A stretch of DNA of 64,000 nt from Prorocentrum cordatum (taxonomy: Eukaryota): contig CAUYUJ010000217.1 of assembly GCA_963575745.1 (NCBI GenBank), positions 1-64,000 of the forward strand, given 5' to 3'. Below the pieces are notes generated by a model. The model was not told the origin of the DNA, made no database searches, and saw only the letters and a list, made by a program, of their open reading frames with translations. Below, piece after piece: positions 12,405 to 24,100 of the stretch. The position numbers and the translations under genes were made by a program. Numbering within the stretch: position 1 is the stretch's first letter; every line of letters begins with the position of its first letter.

Positions 12405-12649
12405 CGGCGCGCGGCTGCGGAGACCTCCGCAGCAGCGGGGGTGGTCTCCGCAGCAGCGGGGGTTATCATAAGAGATCTGAGGCGCGGGCTCGGCGCGCGC
12501 GCGCGCGAGGAGGCAGGCGCTCGCATTGAGCGGCTGAAGAAATCGTGGTCGTTGTCGTCGTGCTCGTCGTCGTCGTTTGCTTTTCGCTGGGGGGGAAAGG
12601 TGGACGAGCAAGAGGAGGAGGAGGAGGAGGAGGAGGAGGGGTCCTGCAG

Positions 12650-12885
12650 GGACCAGGACCGACACCGGGACCGGGACCGGGACCAGGGGGAGAGCGGGAC
12701 CGGGAGCGGGGGCGGGACAGGGACGGGGGGCCCAGGACGAGCAGCAGAACCGACCACGGGACCGGGACCGGGACCGGGGCCGGGGCCGGGACCGGGACCG
12801 GGACCGGGAACGGGGGTGCTGGTCCCGGTCCCGGTCCCGGTGTCGGTGCTGGTCCCGGTCCCGGGCTCCCGGTCCCGGCCCCGCT
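12650..12885. repeat. (GGGACC)n followed by inverted (GGTCCC)n hexamer arrays
   Basis: Direct reading; orientation switches near 12815. Confidence 0.85.
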
Positions 12886-12951
12886 CCATGTGTCAGTTCT
12901 TTGTCCCGCCCCCGATCTCTGCCGTGCCGTTTGGGTTCGAGATCGCCAGCC

Positions 12952-13434
12952 ATGAAGGTTAGGAAGCCTGGCGCAAGGATCGGGCGATGCCGCATCGGCG
13001 AGAAGAGGAATAGGAAACCCGACACAAGGACGGGACGATGCCGCGTCGGCGAGAAGAGGGCTTTTCGGAAACCGGATCACAGACCTCATTCGAGCAAACG
13101 CGCTGGGGCTGCGGCTCGACCCACGGCAGCGTCGGCGAAGGCGGCCGCGCGGCCGCTAGCTCGGCGCAAGGCGAGCTCCAAGAAAGAAACCCTCGCAGTA
13201 GCGGGGGCTGCTGTAGCCCTCGCAGCAGCGGGGGCTGCTGTCTTGGAGCGTGGTGGGTTGTGGGATGAGAAGACTGCTCGGAGGACAGGTTTGGAAGATG
13301 ACGATCCATTCGATCAGGCACTTTGGTACCGCGACCATTGGGGCAACTGGTACAAACTAGGGTCCGAGATGCGCCGACCCCCTTCGCAAGTAATTACGGG
13401 GCGGATGAACACGACAGTGCCCCCACATGGTTGA
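12952..13434 (+). CDS. Cargo gene 3: small basic protein (~160 aa)
   Basis: ATG in GCCAGCCATG context. K/R-rich N-terminus with duplicated RKPxxRxGRCRxGEKR, then a hydrophobic stretch and WYRDHWGNWY. Confidence 0.45.
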   Translation: MKVRKPGARIGRCRIGEKRNRKPDTRTGRCRVGEKRAFRKPDHRPHSSKRAGAAARPTAASAKAAARPLARRKASSKKETLAVAGAAVALAAAGAAVLERGGLWDEKTARRTGLEDDDPFDQALWYRDHWGNWYKLGSEMRRPPSQVITGRMNTTVPPHG

Positions 13435-13893
13435 TTGTACGGTCCTCAGGATGACCACGACATCCCGAGCGCACAAGGGGAACGCCCCTCCGCAGCAGCG
13501 GAGGGATGTCGCGAGAATTTCGCCGAGGGGGGGTGACCTCGGCGGAGGGGCGCACTCGCGCGCGCGCGGGGGAGCGCGGTTTCGCGCGTCGCGTGCGGCA
13601 TCGCATGCGGTGTGGGGGAAAACACGACATCTGTGCTGTCACCTGTGTCCTGCTCTCTCCTTTGCTTCGCTTCCCCTTGCACTCCCTCCTGCAACCTCCC
13701 GCCCGTCATTATGTCTTTGTAGTGATCATCGCTTCCATACACGCAACTCTCACAGCGCCCCTTCTCTCACAGATGGGTTCGGGGTGGGCAACCTTTCTCT
13801 CGCACAGGGGGGGGCCGATGTATCAATGCTTCTCCTGTTCAGGCGGATGTGCGCGCATCGAAAAACTGAGAAGGCCGCGTCGACCCGCCGTTC

Positions 13894-14110
<217 letters not shown>

Positions 14111-14277
14111 CTCCTTTGCTCAAGTGCGGGCAGGCCGCGGATCCGTGAGGCCCCTCCTTCTGTCCGCGCGCGCGACAGGCACTCGCGCTTCAAGCGGGGC
14201 TCCGCAGCAGCGGGGGCAACCGTCGCGGAGCATCTGTTTTGGAAGCTGCCCCCGCAGCAGCGGGGGCGCCTGGATAG

Positions 14278-16747
14278 ATGTCCGAGGACATCAAGTCAGG
14301 CCCCCTGAATGATGCCGCCACGTTGCGCAGCCGCTATGCCTTGAAGGACTCCGAGGGCCAGCGGTTGAAGGCCAAAATTTCCTTGGAGGATATCTGCGTC
14401 CACCCGCAGAACAGAGGTGGGACGTGCCCCTCCGCTGCCAGAGTGGTTAATCTCCTGTGTGGCATTCTGAAAGACAGGTTCCTCTTGAACGAGGCGCAGC
14501 ACGAAGCAGTGGTTGTTCAGGAACTCCCTGCGGGGAAGAAGGCCGATTACGAGCGCCTCCATGGCAGGCCGTACACGGCGCACGCGGACCGCAACTTGCA
14601 GAAAACGGAGTCCGTGGAGGCTCTACGCTCGGCGTACACAAGCTTGTCAACGTTCAACTACGGGGCGCTGAGCCACTGCACCCTAACCCTTGGTCTGCTG
14701 AGCCTCAAGCACGGCGCAGTGTGGGTCATTCCCGAAGACCACAAAGGATGTGGTTTGGAGGAGTTCCAGACAGGTACAGGTGGCTCCTGGGATATCCCAA
14801 AAATGCGTCGCGCACCGAAGTTCACAGAACTCATGGACGTGCTCGATAACGGTTTGCTTTGCGAGGTGCTCTCGTGGGAAATTCACTTCGATGCCGTCTT
14901 CGCGCAAGGCCCCGCGATCATTTCCGCGGCCCTGAACGACCCACAGGGAAAAGGTGTGACCTCTCACGAAATCGAGGTCCTGACGTCCGTCGCTGATTTC
15001 GTCGCCACCGCAGCAGCGGCGGGCAAGAAAGCATCGCGCGGATCTGAGACAGGACACCCCGTGAATATCTCGTACGACACTGTTCTCAAGGCTTGCGCGC
15101 AACGACATCCCGAGTACGCCAAGGCCAAATGGTTCGAGGACATGTTTACTTTCGTCATCAACGTGGGGGCCGCATCAGGGCAGCTCATACCGCAAATTCT
15201 AGATTATGATCGACGTTGGGTGGATCACAAAATACGTTCCCTGGCACCAGCCACCTGGGGCGTTCTCAACCAACTCCCCATAGATTGTCCCCATGTGAAG
15301 GTAGCCCTTGTCATGAGGGCGTACTCGCAAGAGCCGAGGTGCGGACAATGCCCCGCGCCGGAAACGGCTTGGGGACACAGCGAGGGCAACAGTCGGATAC
15401 AGGAGCTCAATTCTTTGTGCCCCCGCAGCAGCGGAGGCCCACGGGGAGGAGAAGAGCGCGATTTTGACCGCGGGGGCGGTTCTGACTGCGACGGACACCT
15501 TCTACCAGGCGTACGTAAGGGCGAAGGCTAACAAACCTCGTCTGGAGGCAGTTGCGGAGGCCGTGTGCGAGACAGTGCGTCCGTACTATGCTGAAGTACG
15601 CGAGGCCTGGCAGAAGATGGAAAAGAACGCACAGAAAGAGTTCCCGCTCCCTCCTGCGCCGTGGACCGACCAGTTGCCCGCGGCCCCCGAGAAACCCGCC
15701 GGCCCTCGCAGCGGCGGAGGTGGCGAGGGCTCTCGCCCGCAGCCAGTATTGATAGAGTTCAACGAAGAAGACAAGCCTCTGAATAGGCAGATGTCTGAAG
15801 TGTCCAAGCCCGTGAACAGCCTGATGGTGGTCCCAGTGAAATCGTGGCACGCTTCGGCTCCGTCTGGCAATCTCGACACAGACAGGCGGCACCAAGCAAG
15901 CATCGCGGAAGTCATGACTGGCTTCCATCGTCACGCGGACACTTGCGCCCAACCCGTCCAGATGCAATATGACGTTCAAGCCAAGAGTGTCCATGTGGTG
16001 GCTACTGGGGACATCGCCGAGGGGAAACTGATGCTCTTCCCTTGCTGCCCCACCGCGAAGATGTTCCCGAAAGTCTCGAGCAATCCGCGGGCAGTGGAGG
16101 TGCTAGTCGGTGAGAAACGTCCGACTCCTGTCGAGAAAATGGAAACATATTGGGCACAACCTGATTTCAAATTACCAGAGCTGGAGCTCAAGCCCGCGCC
16201 GCAGGAAGCGGCCTCCGCAGCAGCGGGGGCTGCGCAGGGCGAGGCGCCCGTGGGTCCGCAGCTCGACGAGGCGGCCCCCGCAGCAGCGGCGCCTGCACAG
16301 GGCGAGGCCGAACAGGAAGAGAATCCGTACCAGTTTAAGTTCGGAGGTACCGAGTCCTTGCACTTCTTTTGGGGAGTTGAGAGGATGACACCAGAAGAAC
16401 TTGCCCGAGCCCAGCTAGTGCAGGGACAGGAGCACTGGAAGTTCAACGTTGCACTTCAACCGCACGAGTTCCAGACAATGACAAAGTGCCAGCCAGCCGC
16501 CCCCCTCCGCGTCTGCAGCGTGCTTGTCCCGTGCATGCACAACGCGGTGCCGCTGGCGCGCGGAGATCGGCTGATGCTGCAGATCACAAAGGAGAAGAGG
16601 GCCACCGACACCCAAAAGGAGAAGCAGGCATGGCAAAAGGAGCAGAAAGAGCAGGAGAAGAAACGGAAGAAGGACGCCGAGGAGGGACGGAACACCCCCA
16701 AGAGCGGCAAGATGACAATCCCTGGCCAGGGGGCCCACTTCGTGTGA
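14278..16747 (+). pseudogene. Cargo gene 4: ParB/Srx-like N-terminal domain and SET-like C-terminal motifs; one frameshift near 15410-15430
   Basis: ISLEDICVHPQNRGG...NLLCGILKDRF...AVVVQE resembles a ParB N-domain. VVATGDIAEGKLMLF and MHNAVPLARGDRLML resemble the two SET-domain 'A..dI..G' strands. ORFs 14278-15531 and 15464-16747 overlap. Confidence 0.6.
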
Positions 16748-17301
16748 TCCCGCCGCAGCAGCGGAGGGCGCGCGAAACGGAGCGGCAGATGACAGCGGCC
16801 GATGATCCACCCGTCGCAGCCCGCAGCCGTCAGCTGGAGGGGAGGAGGAAAAGGGCGGGGAGAGGAGGTCGAAGAGGGAGGGGGGAGGGGGGCAGCAGAA
16901 ACAGCACAAGACAGGGGTGGGAGAGGTCACGCATCAGCCGCAGTAGTGTCGGTGGTACGTCAATTTTCATGGCGGCGCGGCGGTCGCTGAGAAATGGGGC
17001 AAGTGCGAGGGCCTGCAAATGCGGAAAATGTGAGTGCCTCTCGTCCCCTCCCCTCCTCTTCCTCCATGAGATCTCTCTCCTGGTGCATATCCCCTGCCAG
17101 GTCTCGTCCTGCTCCTCTCCCTCTATGTTCGCCCTGCCCTCCCCTCGCGCCTCGCCTCCGTCTCCGTCCCCCCTCGTCCGTTCCCGCCTCCCTCCCGTGT
17201 CCTGTTTTCCTCTCTCCGTGCTCATCGTCCTGCTCATCGTCCTGCCGTCCTGTTCGCGGGGCGCTCTGTGGGACAGGGGGGCGGTCGAAGCACGCAAGGC
17301 C

Positions 17302-17516
17302 GAACCCCTCTGTGACAGAGGGGCTCCGCGCTTTTCCGCCCGAGCCCCTCTGTGACAGAGGGGCTCCGCGCTTTTCCGCCCGAGCCCCTCTGTGACAGAG
17401 GGGCTCCGCGCCCACCCCCCCTCTGTGACAGAGGGGCTCGGGCGGAAAAGCGCGGAGCCCCTCTGTCACAGAGGGGCTCGGGCGGAAAAACGCGGAGCCC
17501 CTCTGTCACAGAGGGG
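17302..17516. repeat. Mirror-symmetric array of six CCCCTCTGT(G/C)ACAGAGGGG sites in 40-bp units
   Basis: Site centres at 17314, 17354, 17394 | 17427, 17467, 17507. The spacer CCGCGCTTTTCCGCCC flips to GGGCGGAAAAGCGCGG across ~17410. Confidence 0.9.
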
Positions 17517-17876
17517 GTGGGGTCGTGCTTTTCCGCGCGCCCTCCTTTGTGAAACAGGGGTGGTCGTTCGATCAGGGCGCCCCCCCCCTGCGGGACAGAG
17601 GGTCGGTCAGAGCGCACAAGGCCCCCCCTCAAGGGGCAGAGGGGCGGTCAAGGGACAGGGAAGGCAGCTGTGCTCGTTCGGAGAGAAGGAGGGGGATGGG
17701 TTGGATGAGATGGAAAGAAGCTCGTGGAGGGAGCACGATGCGGATGAGGAGTAGGAGGATCTGTTCGAGACGAGGAGTCCGCTTTCCATTGCCGCTCTCA
17801 GGCGGTTCACTTGCGAGGGGGGCCGACGCCTAGGACGCGCGCGCCTTCGCAGCAGCGGGGGCTTGCGCACGGCGGC

Positions 17877-18833
17877 ATGAAACGCAAGGCAGAGGACACA
17901 TGGCGGGAGGTCGCTGTCGGGAAAGCAGCGCGCCAAGATGGCGCGAGCATGGGGGTGCTCTGCGCGACGGGCGGGCTGTGCCGAAATCACGAGGGAGCAG
18001 CGGGATTTGCTCTGGAATGCGAGGAGCGCTGCGTTGTCTCGGGCGGCGAGGAAAGCCTAGAAGCCTTCGTGCCCGTCGGAAAGCACCGCCTGTGGATGCT
18101 CAAAGTGGTCGGTGGTCACAGTGCCGTGAAGGGCGCCTTGAACGAAACAAACTTGTTAGATCAATTGCATGAGAAGCTTCGCGCTGGAGAAGGATACAAC
18201 GTGGATGAAGCGGCGACTCCTGTGAAAGAGGCCCCCGCAGCAGCGGGGGTTGCAGCAGGGTCTCCCGCAGCAGCGGGAGAAAAAAGGTCGGGATCCCATG
18301 GCGGATCTCCTCGGCACCGTCAAGGTCGCATCGAAAGCGAAGAAAACCCCTGAGAAACAGAGAGGGTTTCCTCGAGGCACGCTCTGCAGAGTAACCATGC
18401 CGATGTCTCCTAGGCCAGATGAGGCCGACACGAAAGAGGTTGTGTGTATGAGAACAGATATGGGCAACTACTCGTACAGAGTCAGGACCTGCCTTGGCTT
18501 CTGCATTACCTGTACGAGGAGAGCCAGGGCAAAAGCGTCCCCGAACCCAACGACGACGACGAGGACGACGCTTTGGACGAGAAGCGCCCGTGGACCACCA
18601 GGTGGTGCCCCTCTGGGACGTGGACACTGGAGGTCAAAGGAGGGCCAATGGCAGGCCGAACATGGGCCTCCAGGATTCAGGATCTGAACGAGGAGAAATG
18701 GTCCACAGGCGTGGCGTTGACGGAAGTGACGACGCCCTTGAAACAGTCCACCCGTGCGCAGCAGAAGCAGGTTCTTCTAGCGTTCTTGGAGGACGTGGTC
18801 CAGAAAGCCATCAAGCAGGACACAAAGCAGTGA
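17877..18833 (+). pseudogene. Cargo gene 5: unknown protein, two frameshifts
   Basis: MKRKAEDTWREV... continues through frames 17811-18353, 18250-18687 and 18444-18833 (DLPWLLHYLYEE). Diverged partial copy at ~19738-20275. Confidence 0.55.
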
Positions 18834-19106
18834 TGCCCTCGTTATCCGCTCGCTGGCGCGCGCCGCAGCAGCGGCGCGCTGACCGCTACAACGGCTTTTT
18901 TTGTGCAAACAGACTCGGTGCATGCACCGCGCCAGCGGCGCGCTGACCGCTGAGGTGGATGCCTGCGGGTTCCTGTCGACTGGACAGGGGTTAGGGCACG
19001 CGCGGGGGATCGCGAGCCTGCGGCTCTCCAGCGCTCGCGCGCTAGAGGACAAAAGGAACTCGCGGAATCTGGCGAGGACGGGGCGGAGGGGTTGGGAGCA
19101 GTAGGA

Positions 19107-19139
<33 letters not shown>

Positions 19140-19199
19140 AAGGAGGAGCAACAGCAGCAGCAACAGCACACTAGCAGCACCGACAGGAGGACCATTGCG

Positions 19200-20275
19200 A
19201 GGATGCGGCCGTTTGCTTGCCCTTCGGCGCTGGGCTCGAGACAAGAGGGCGGCCGCGTGTGCGCGCGCATGGCTTCGGCATCATGGCCGCCGCAGCCGCT
19301 CCGCCCCCAGGCCCAGGCGACGCTCGCCCTGCAAACGCGCCTCTGCGGGCCGGGCACGACCGCGAGGTCAACGAATGTGGAGTTTTTATAGCAACAAGAC
19401 AAAACTAAAGACCCCGACAGAGTGCTCATGAATCCACGGAAATTACAGAGACCAATATTCGGATTCGGGTAATTACGTTATGCGCCGCAGCAGCGGCGCG
19501 GCTTGCCATTATGAATATGGCAAACGCACATGGAAGAATATTCATTTATGCTCGCAGTGGCCGTGGAAAAGCGACCACAAGAAGTGGTTAGGTTTTGGAG
19601 TCCGATGAGAAGTAGGAGGATTTGTTCGAGACGAGGAGTCCGCTTTCCATAGCCGTTTTCAGGCGGATCACCAGTGAGGGGAGTTGACGCCTAGAACGCG
19701 GGCGCCTTCGCAGCAGCGAGGGCTTGCGCGCGGCGGCGTGAAACGCAGGGCATCGGAAACATGGCGGGATGTCGCTATCGGGAAAGCAGCGCGCCAAGAT
19801 GACGCGAGCATGGGGGTGCTCTGCGCGACGGGCGGACTGTGCCGAAGTCACGAGGGAGCATCGGGATTTGCTCTGGAATTTGAGGAGCGCGATGTTCCCT
19901 TTGGCGGCGAGGAAAGCCTAGAAGCCTTCGTGCCCGTCGGAAAGCACCGCCTGTGCATGCTCAAGGTGGTCCGTGGTCTCAGCGCCGTGAAGGGCGCCTT
20001 GAACGAAACGACAATGTCAGAGCAAGTGCTTGGGAAGCTCCGCGTCGGAGAAGGAGACAACGTGGATGAAGCGTCGACTCCTGTGAAAAACGCTTCCGCA
20101 GCAGCGGGGGTTGCAGCAGGATCTCCCGCAGCAGCGGGGGGAAAAGGTCGGGGTCCCATGGCGGATCTCCTCGGAACCGTGAAGGGCGCATCGAAAGCGA
20201 AGCAGGTGGCGGCGCGTCGCCAACCAGAGCAAACCCCTGAGAAACAGAAAATATTGTCTCGAGGCACGCTCTGCC
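19200..20275 (+). repeat. Internal duplications: 19200-19575 is a truncated copy of 21090-21465; 19605-20275 is a copy of 17745-18390
   Basis: Colinear similarity in DNA and translation (GFGIMAAAAAPPP..., SMGVLCATGGLCR...). Confidence 0.9.
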
Positions 20276-21172
20276 TCTCGCTCCGTGCGGTCGTCTTGGG
20301 CGGCGTCGGGCCTCCGCTGACTGATTACATGATGCATATATGTATATATTGTGTATGTATGGTGTGTCGACGTATATGTATGTACATACGTATATGTGTG
20401 TATTTATATATATATATATATGTATGTATATATAACACGGTCGCAGGGGCGTGGCCCGCGGCCCAGGGCGGGGCCCGAGACTCTGGGACAGGACATAGGG
20501 CCTCATCATCGCAGGATGCTCATCATTCCCATCATCGCCATGATGGGGGGGGGAGGAGGGGACAGCTACCAGCTGCGCGCTGGCGCCACCGCCGCTCCCT
20601 CGCGCCCGCTGGCGCATCCGCAGTGCGGCTGCGGGAGGGGCTGCGCCTCAATTCCTGCAGAGGCGGCCTGCAGGAATGTTGCACTTTTGGCGTCTAGTAC
20701 AAACGCCCGAGCGGCCCGCTTTTTTTTGGGGGGGGGCTCTTGCTTCACGGTGGAAGAGGAGACTATCATCATCCCCCGTGCCGCGTTCGCCTTCCCTCGA
20801 CGACGATGTCGACGACTTCCTACATTCTGGCCTTGTTTTCTGGGGAGTGTTCTCGGAGTCGTTCGGGGCGTTCGTTCGTGTGTGCATGCTTCTGAGTTTT
20901 CTGCGCGTCGTTCGGGCCGCTCGCCCTGGTGTGAGTCGTTCGGGCCCCTCCTCACCAGCCCATCTCACAGCAGCAACCCTCGCGAAGCATGCCGACGGTC
21001 GTGTTTTTTTTCAGGCGTGTGTCCGCTGGTCCCCGCATATCTCCCTTGTTCCTCGTTCCTCCCGCCCCCTTGTACATCCTCCTTGTGGGGGGATGCGGCC
21101 GTTTGCTTGCCCTGCAGCGCTGGGCTCGAGACCAGAGGGCGGCCGCGCGTGCGCGCGCATGGCTTCGGCATC

Positions 21173-24100
21173 ATGGCAGCCGCAGCCGCTCCGCCTCCAG
21201 ACCCAGGAGACGCTCGCCCTGCAAACGCGCCTCTGCGAGTCGGGCACGACCGCGAGGCCAACGAATTTGTGGAGTTTTGGTACCAAGAAGGCAAAAAGAA
21301 AGACCCCGACAGAGTGCTCATGAACCCACGGAAACTAAAGGGGACAATATTCGGATTCGGGTACGTTATGCGCCGCAGCAGCGGCGCGGCTTGCCATTAT
21401 GACTCTGGCAGACGCATATGTAAGAAGATTCATTTCTCCTCGCAGTGGCCGTGTCCCAGCGACCATCGTCTGGCGGACGGTTCCGTGGACTGCAATAAGT
21501 GGTCAGACTTGCAAGCGCCCTGGCATTTAGTGCAATGCGCGGGCGGGTGGCCCGCAGGAGCGGGAGCCCCCGCAGCAGCGGAGGCGCCGGCCGAGGCGTG
21601 CGAGGCCCCTGCTGAAGCGGCAGCGGAGCCGTCGGTGGGCCCTGCTGAAGGCCCCGCAGCAGCGGGGCCGTCAGCGGAGGCGTGCGTGGCCCCTGCTGAA
21701 GTGGCAGCGGAGCCGCATGTGGGCTCTTCTGACGGCCCCGCAGCAGCGGGTGCGTCAGCGGAAGCGTGCGCGCCTCCTCCTGAAGTGGCGGCGGCGCCGT
21801 GCGCGTGCCCTTCTGCAGAGCCCGCAACAGCGGAGGCGTCCGTAGGTCCTGCTGGCGCGCATGGCGCCGACGCAATCGCCGAGGCCGCTTCCGCAGTGGA
21901 GTCTGCCCTGAAGGACTCCGCGGCAACAGCAGCTCTCTCAGCAAAGGAGGTTGCCCCTGTCGCTTTCCCCCAACCCGCCCCGCTTGCTGTTCGCGACATA
22001 GCGGAACCCGTGCTTCCAGGGGCGGAAGTTGCTGCAGTGACCGCCTGTGAACAGACAGCCGCGACAGCAGGCGCTGCGGTTGCCCCTGCAGGCGCCCCCG
22101 CAGCAGCGGGGGCGCCTGCAGGGGCACTTTCAGAACAAGGCCAGAGGTGCTTCGAGAAATTGATGAAGTTGTCGCGCAGTATTCGCGGAAGGCCGGGGGG
22201 AGGCCGAGAGTGGATAGGGTATTCTGCTTTCGTAATCTTTGCGCTTCTGCGGAAGGTGCGCGTCTACGTGTGGGAAGGACGCAACAGAGTCGACCTTTGC
22301 AAAGCTGTCTTGCCGCCGTGGAAACTAGAGGAGTTAACCCGCGAGCCTGCGGTGGACGCGATCGCGCGTTGCGCCGTCCCCCGAGAATCGGGGCCACCGG
22401 ACTGGGCCCCCGTGTCGGAGGAGTATCCTTTGTTTCTATGCAATCATTTTATCGCAGGCGTCTCCACCGACTTTGTGGATTTCACGGGAGATGCTTCGAC
22501 GGTGGACGGTTTCTATTCGGCTCTCGGTGTGTTCGTCGTGTCCACAGTCGCAGACGGGGACTGCGGTTTGGATTGCATGTTGCAGATGACCCAGGAGGTT
22601 TCCACGCGAGAGTCTCGCAGGGAGCTCCGCCAGGACAGTTGCTCTCTCCGACCACCCTGATCCTTCGCTTCCATCTCTGCTGCCCCCACATGCTCTTCCC
22701 CTCCTTGTCTCCCCATTTTGCCTTCATGCCTCTCCCATCCCGCCCTTCTCTCCCCTCGCGCCCTCCCCACCGAGTCCCCTTGCCCCTCCTCCATGCCCGC
22801 CCGCCAGGACATCGCGGACTACATCGTGCAAAGGGTGCGTCTGGCGCGGCTCCTCGACGCGATGGTCCTGACACAAGAAGTCACGCAGGATGACGTCCAG
22901 GAGCTTCGTCGCCTGCAGAGCGCCTTAGACGACGAAGAACTTGCCCCGCAGCCTGGCCACGCCGCCCCTCCGAGAGCACAGGGCGTTGCCGCCGCAGCAG
23001 CGGCGGCGCCACCTGAGGACTTGGCAGTGGTGGAAGTCGACGCCGAGGCTGTCTGTCAGGAGCTCGCGCAAGCCATCCAATGGTGGACAGGACTGACAGA
23101 CGCTGCGCGCGCCCTGGACGTAGCTCGGGAGTTGATGCCCGCAGAGCGGGAGGAGCAGCTCTTGAGGTACAGGAACCGCGGCTGAGAGCGCAAAGCCCCC
23201 GCCCAGAACAAGAAGCGCGTGGCGGTCCCGTCGCTCCTGTGCTCGAGGATGGAGATAGCGGGTGCTTTCGACGAGCACATGCGCTCTTTAGGCTGGACGC
23301 CTGGAGACCGCTTTCCGTATGGAGGGGCGCGTTCATTCATGGATGCGTGGGACTGGGGTTCCATGTCCCGTCTCCCTCTCAGGAAGCGCACGCGCGTTGT
23401 GCGGCGCTGGCACAAGGCTTTTCTGTCGTCGAAATACGCCTCCGCAGTAGCGGAGGCTGTTCGGCAGCCGCGGGGACACGAGAAGCAGCACGGGCAGGGG
23501 CGCCTCCTGAAGTGGAAAGGGCGGAAAAGGATACCACAACAGGGACAGGGCCCAGCTCGAAAATGCCCTTGGCTGCGGCAAGCTCTGTTTGAATGGTGGA
23601 GTTCCATTCGGCACAGTGTGGATTGGAAGATGATCAAAAGTGGACTGCGAAGTACCCAAAGAGAGCCAGCGAAGATAGCAAGGTTCACGCAAAGCATGCT
23701 CCAGACCAAAGCGTTGGAGCTCATGAGCGAGTACGTCACGCAGCAGCTGCGGATCGGGCAGCGACCCGCCGCCGTGGAGTTGAGGTCGCGCTGGTGGGCC
23801 TCCTGGCGCAAGGAATACGGCCTCAGCATGCGGTACCCGAACAGGAAGTACAAGTGCCCGCTGCCCGTCTTGGAAGAGCGCCTCGAGCGAGGCTGGCTGA
23901 ACGTGTTTAGGGCGCGCGCCGCGTGCGTGCTACTCAACGAGCAGGATCCCGAGATGGAGAACTTCGACCAGTCGCCTTTCCACCACAATGAAACAGGACC
24001 AGCTGGCGTGAGGACCCTCGCAGTAGCGGGGGTCGAAGTGCCACTGGTGGAGTGCCACGGCGCGGTGCGGGAGCGGTGGACGGCCAATTTCATGACAATG

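Noticed and set aside
12952..13434. DVNP or histone-like protein
   Set aside because: Basic, but I cannot see the DVNP core or a histone fold.
17302..17516. CRISPR-like repeat-spacer array
   Set aside because: Spacers are identical or inverted copies, there are no cas genes, and the context is eukaryotic.
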